Below, piece after piece: positions 62,965 to 64,000 of a stretch of 64,000 nucleotides of DNA. The stretch's first letter is position 1. The number at the start of each line of letters is the position of its first letter. The position numbers and the translations under genes were made by a program. The DNA is from an uncultured delta proteobacterium (GTDB taxonomy: Bacteria > Desulfobacterota > Desulfobacteria > Desulfobacterales > QNYZ01), in NCBI GenBank assembly GCA_963845145.1, contig CAWJQU010000005.1, positions 1,280,001-1,344,000 of the forward strand, in the 5' to 3' direction. The notes beneath the pieces were generated by a model that was not told where the DNA came from, made no database searches, and saw nothing but the letters and a program-made list of their open reading frames with translations.

Positions 62965-63042
62965 TGTCGTTCCTCCTGAATTTTGTTCATTATTACTTTC
63001 ATTTCAAACAGATTGAATTCCGGTTTGGGCTTCTGAGCAATA

Positions 63043-63942
63043 CTAAATCCCATCCGGAAAAACGCAACAATACCTATAATTACGATCGATAACCGCCAGT
63101 AGCTTTCGATCGGTGTCGATGATTTTCATTTTTTCCCCGGTAACCCGAATGCCATCAGTGAGATCCAGGGGGCGCCCATATCTGATTTTTTCACACAACA
63201 CCTTACTCGCCTGATGGGTCGGCATATCCGGCAACGCATCCACCGGTAAAACCAAGTGGGTGCCCCAGACACCCTCGGCGACCAAAGTTTCAAGCTCCTT
63301 TGGTTTGAGGGCGCATCCTACCGAAAAACCACAACTGGCGGTACGACGCAAAGCGGCTAAATGGCCCCCACATCCCAAGGTTTCGCCTAAATCCGCACAT
63401 ATAGTGCGAATGTATGTGCCGGCAGAGCAGGTAACGCTAAAATGGACATCCGGCAGATCTATTTTTTTTATCCTTAGCGCTGATATTACCACAGTTCGGG
63501 GTGGTTTGGCTACCGGCTCACCCTTTCGGGCATAATGGTACAACGGCTTCCCCTGGTGCTTTACGGCAGAGTATATCGGTGGTCGCTGCTGAATGCTTCC
63601 GATAAATTTACGAACCCCGGTTTCGATGTCGGTTTTAGAGATATGCAAAAAATCCTTACGGTCCAAAATTTGCCCCGTGGCATCCTGAGTGTCGGTGGTA
63701 ATCCCTAAGCGAAGGGTCGCCTGATACGTTTTTTCTCCGGTCAATAAGAACTGGGCCAATTTGGTCGCTTGGTTCAGGCAGCAAACCAACAGACCCGTTG
63801 CCAGCGGATCCAATGTCCCGGTGTGGCCCGCTTTTTTTGAGCCGGTCAGCCTTTTGATTATGGCTACGACTTTGGCCGATGTCATTTTGTCCGGTTTGTC
63901 AATGAGCAATATGCCGGTTTTGTCAGGCCCATGCTGGCCCAT
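63043..63942 (-). CDS. truB: tRNA pseudouridine55 synthase
   Basis: GHTGTLDPLATG, PPIYSA, CSAGTYIR. Confidence 0.96.
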   Translation of the reverse strand: MGQHGPDKTGILLIDKPDKMTSAKVVAIIKRLTGSKKAGHTGTLDPLATGLLVCCLNQATKLAQFLLTGEKTYQATLRLGITTDTQDATGQILDRKDFLHISKTDIETGVRKFIGSIQQRPPIYSAVKHQGKPLYHYARKGEPVAKPPRTVVISALRIKKIDLPDVHFSVTCSAGTYIRTICADLGETLGCGGHLAALRRTASCGFSVGCALKPKELETLVAEGVWGTHLVLPVDALPDMPTHQASKVLCEKIRYGRPLDLTDGIRVTGEKMKIIDTDRKLLAVIDRNYRYCCVFPDGI

Positions 63943-64000
63943 CTAAAGGCTATCCGCCAATGTCCATATTTTGGCTTTCAACTGAGGCAGGGTGGCTTTC

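Overview
A 64-kb chromosomal window, probably from an anaerobic Desulfobacterales-like deltaproteobacterium (inferred from gene content and protein style). Left to right: (1) a metal/envelope-stress-like locus with a sigma54-type promoter and ZraSR-like two-component system; (2) an RSPP-ending leader ORF, CBS protein and APC permease; (3) an Rrf2 regulator with a quinol-dependent NO reductase; (4) the core ffh-rpsP-khpA-rimM-trmD-rplS-rnhB-yraN-rsmI operon and rlmN; (5) an odd nitrogen locus: Cys-less PurF-like gene, stand-alone FMN glutamate-synthase domain, and a GDH homologue with altered catalytic residues; (6) a hidden AhpD/CMD-like CxxU selenoprotein absent from the ORF track; (7) a ~30-44.6 kb accessory, cassette-like tract containing a DUF3800 gene with a convergent, independently promoted small structured RNA, an IS200 element, eroded attC-like sites, a REP and an IS3 relic; (8) a lipid synthesis/export neighbourhood with two MMPL transporters, LolA-like and OM-barrel proteins and MlaA/MlaC; (9) the core truB-rpsO-pnp-M16-dut block. 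Several single-base frameshifts suggest long-read indel errors. Best leads: the DUF3800 + ncRNA module, the selenoprotein, and the GDH-pseudoenzyme/GltB-FMN/PurF-like locus.
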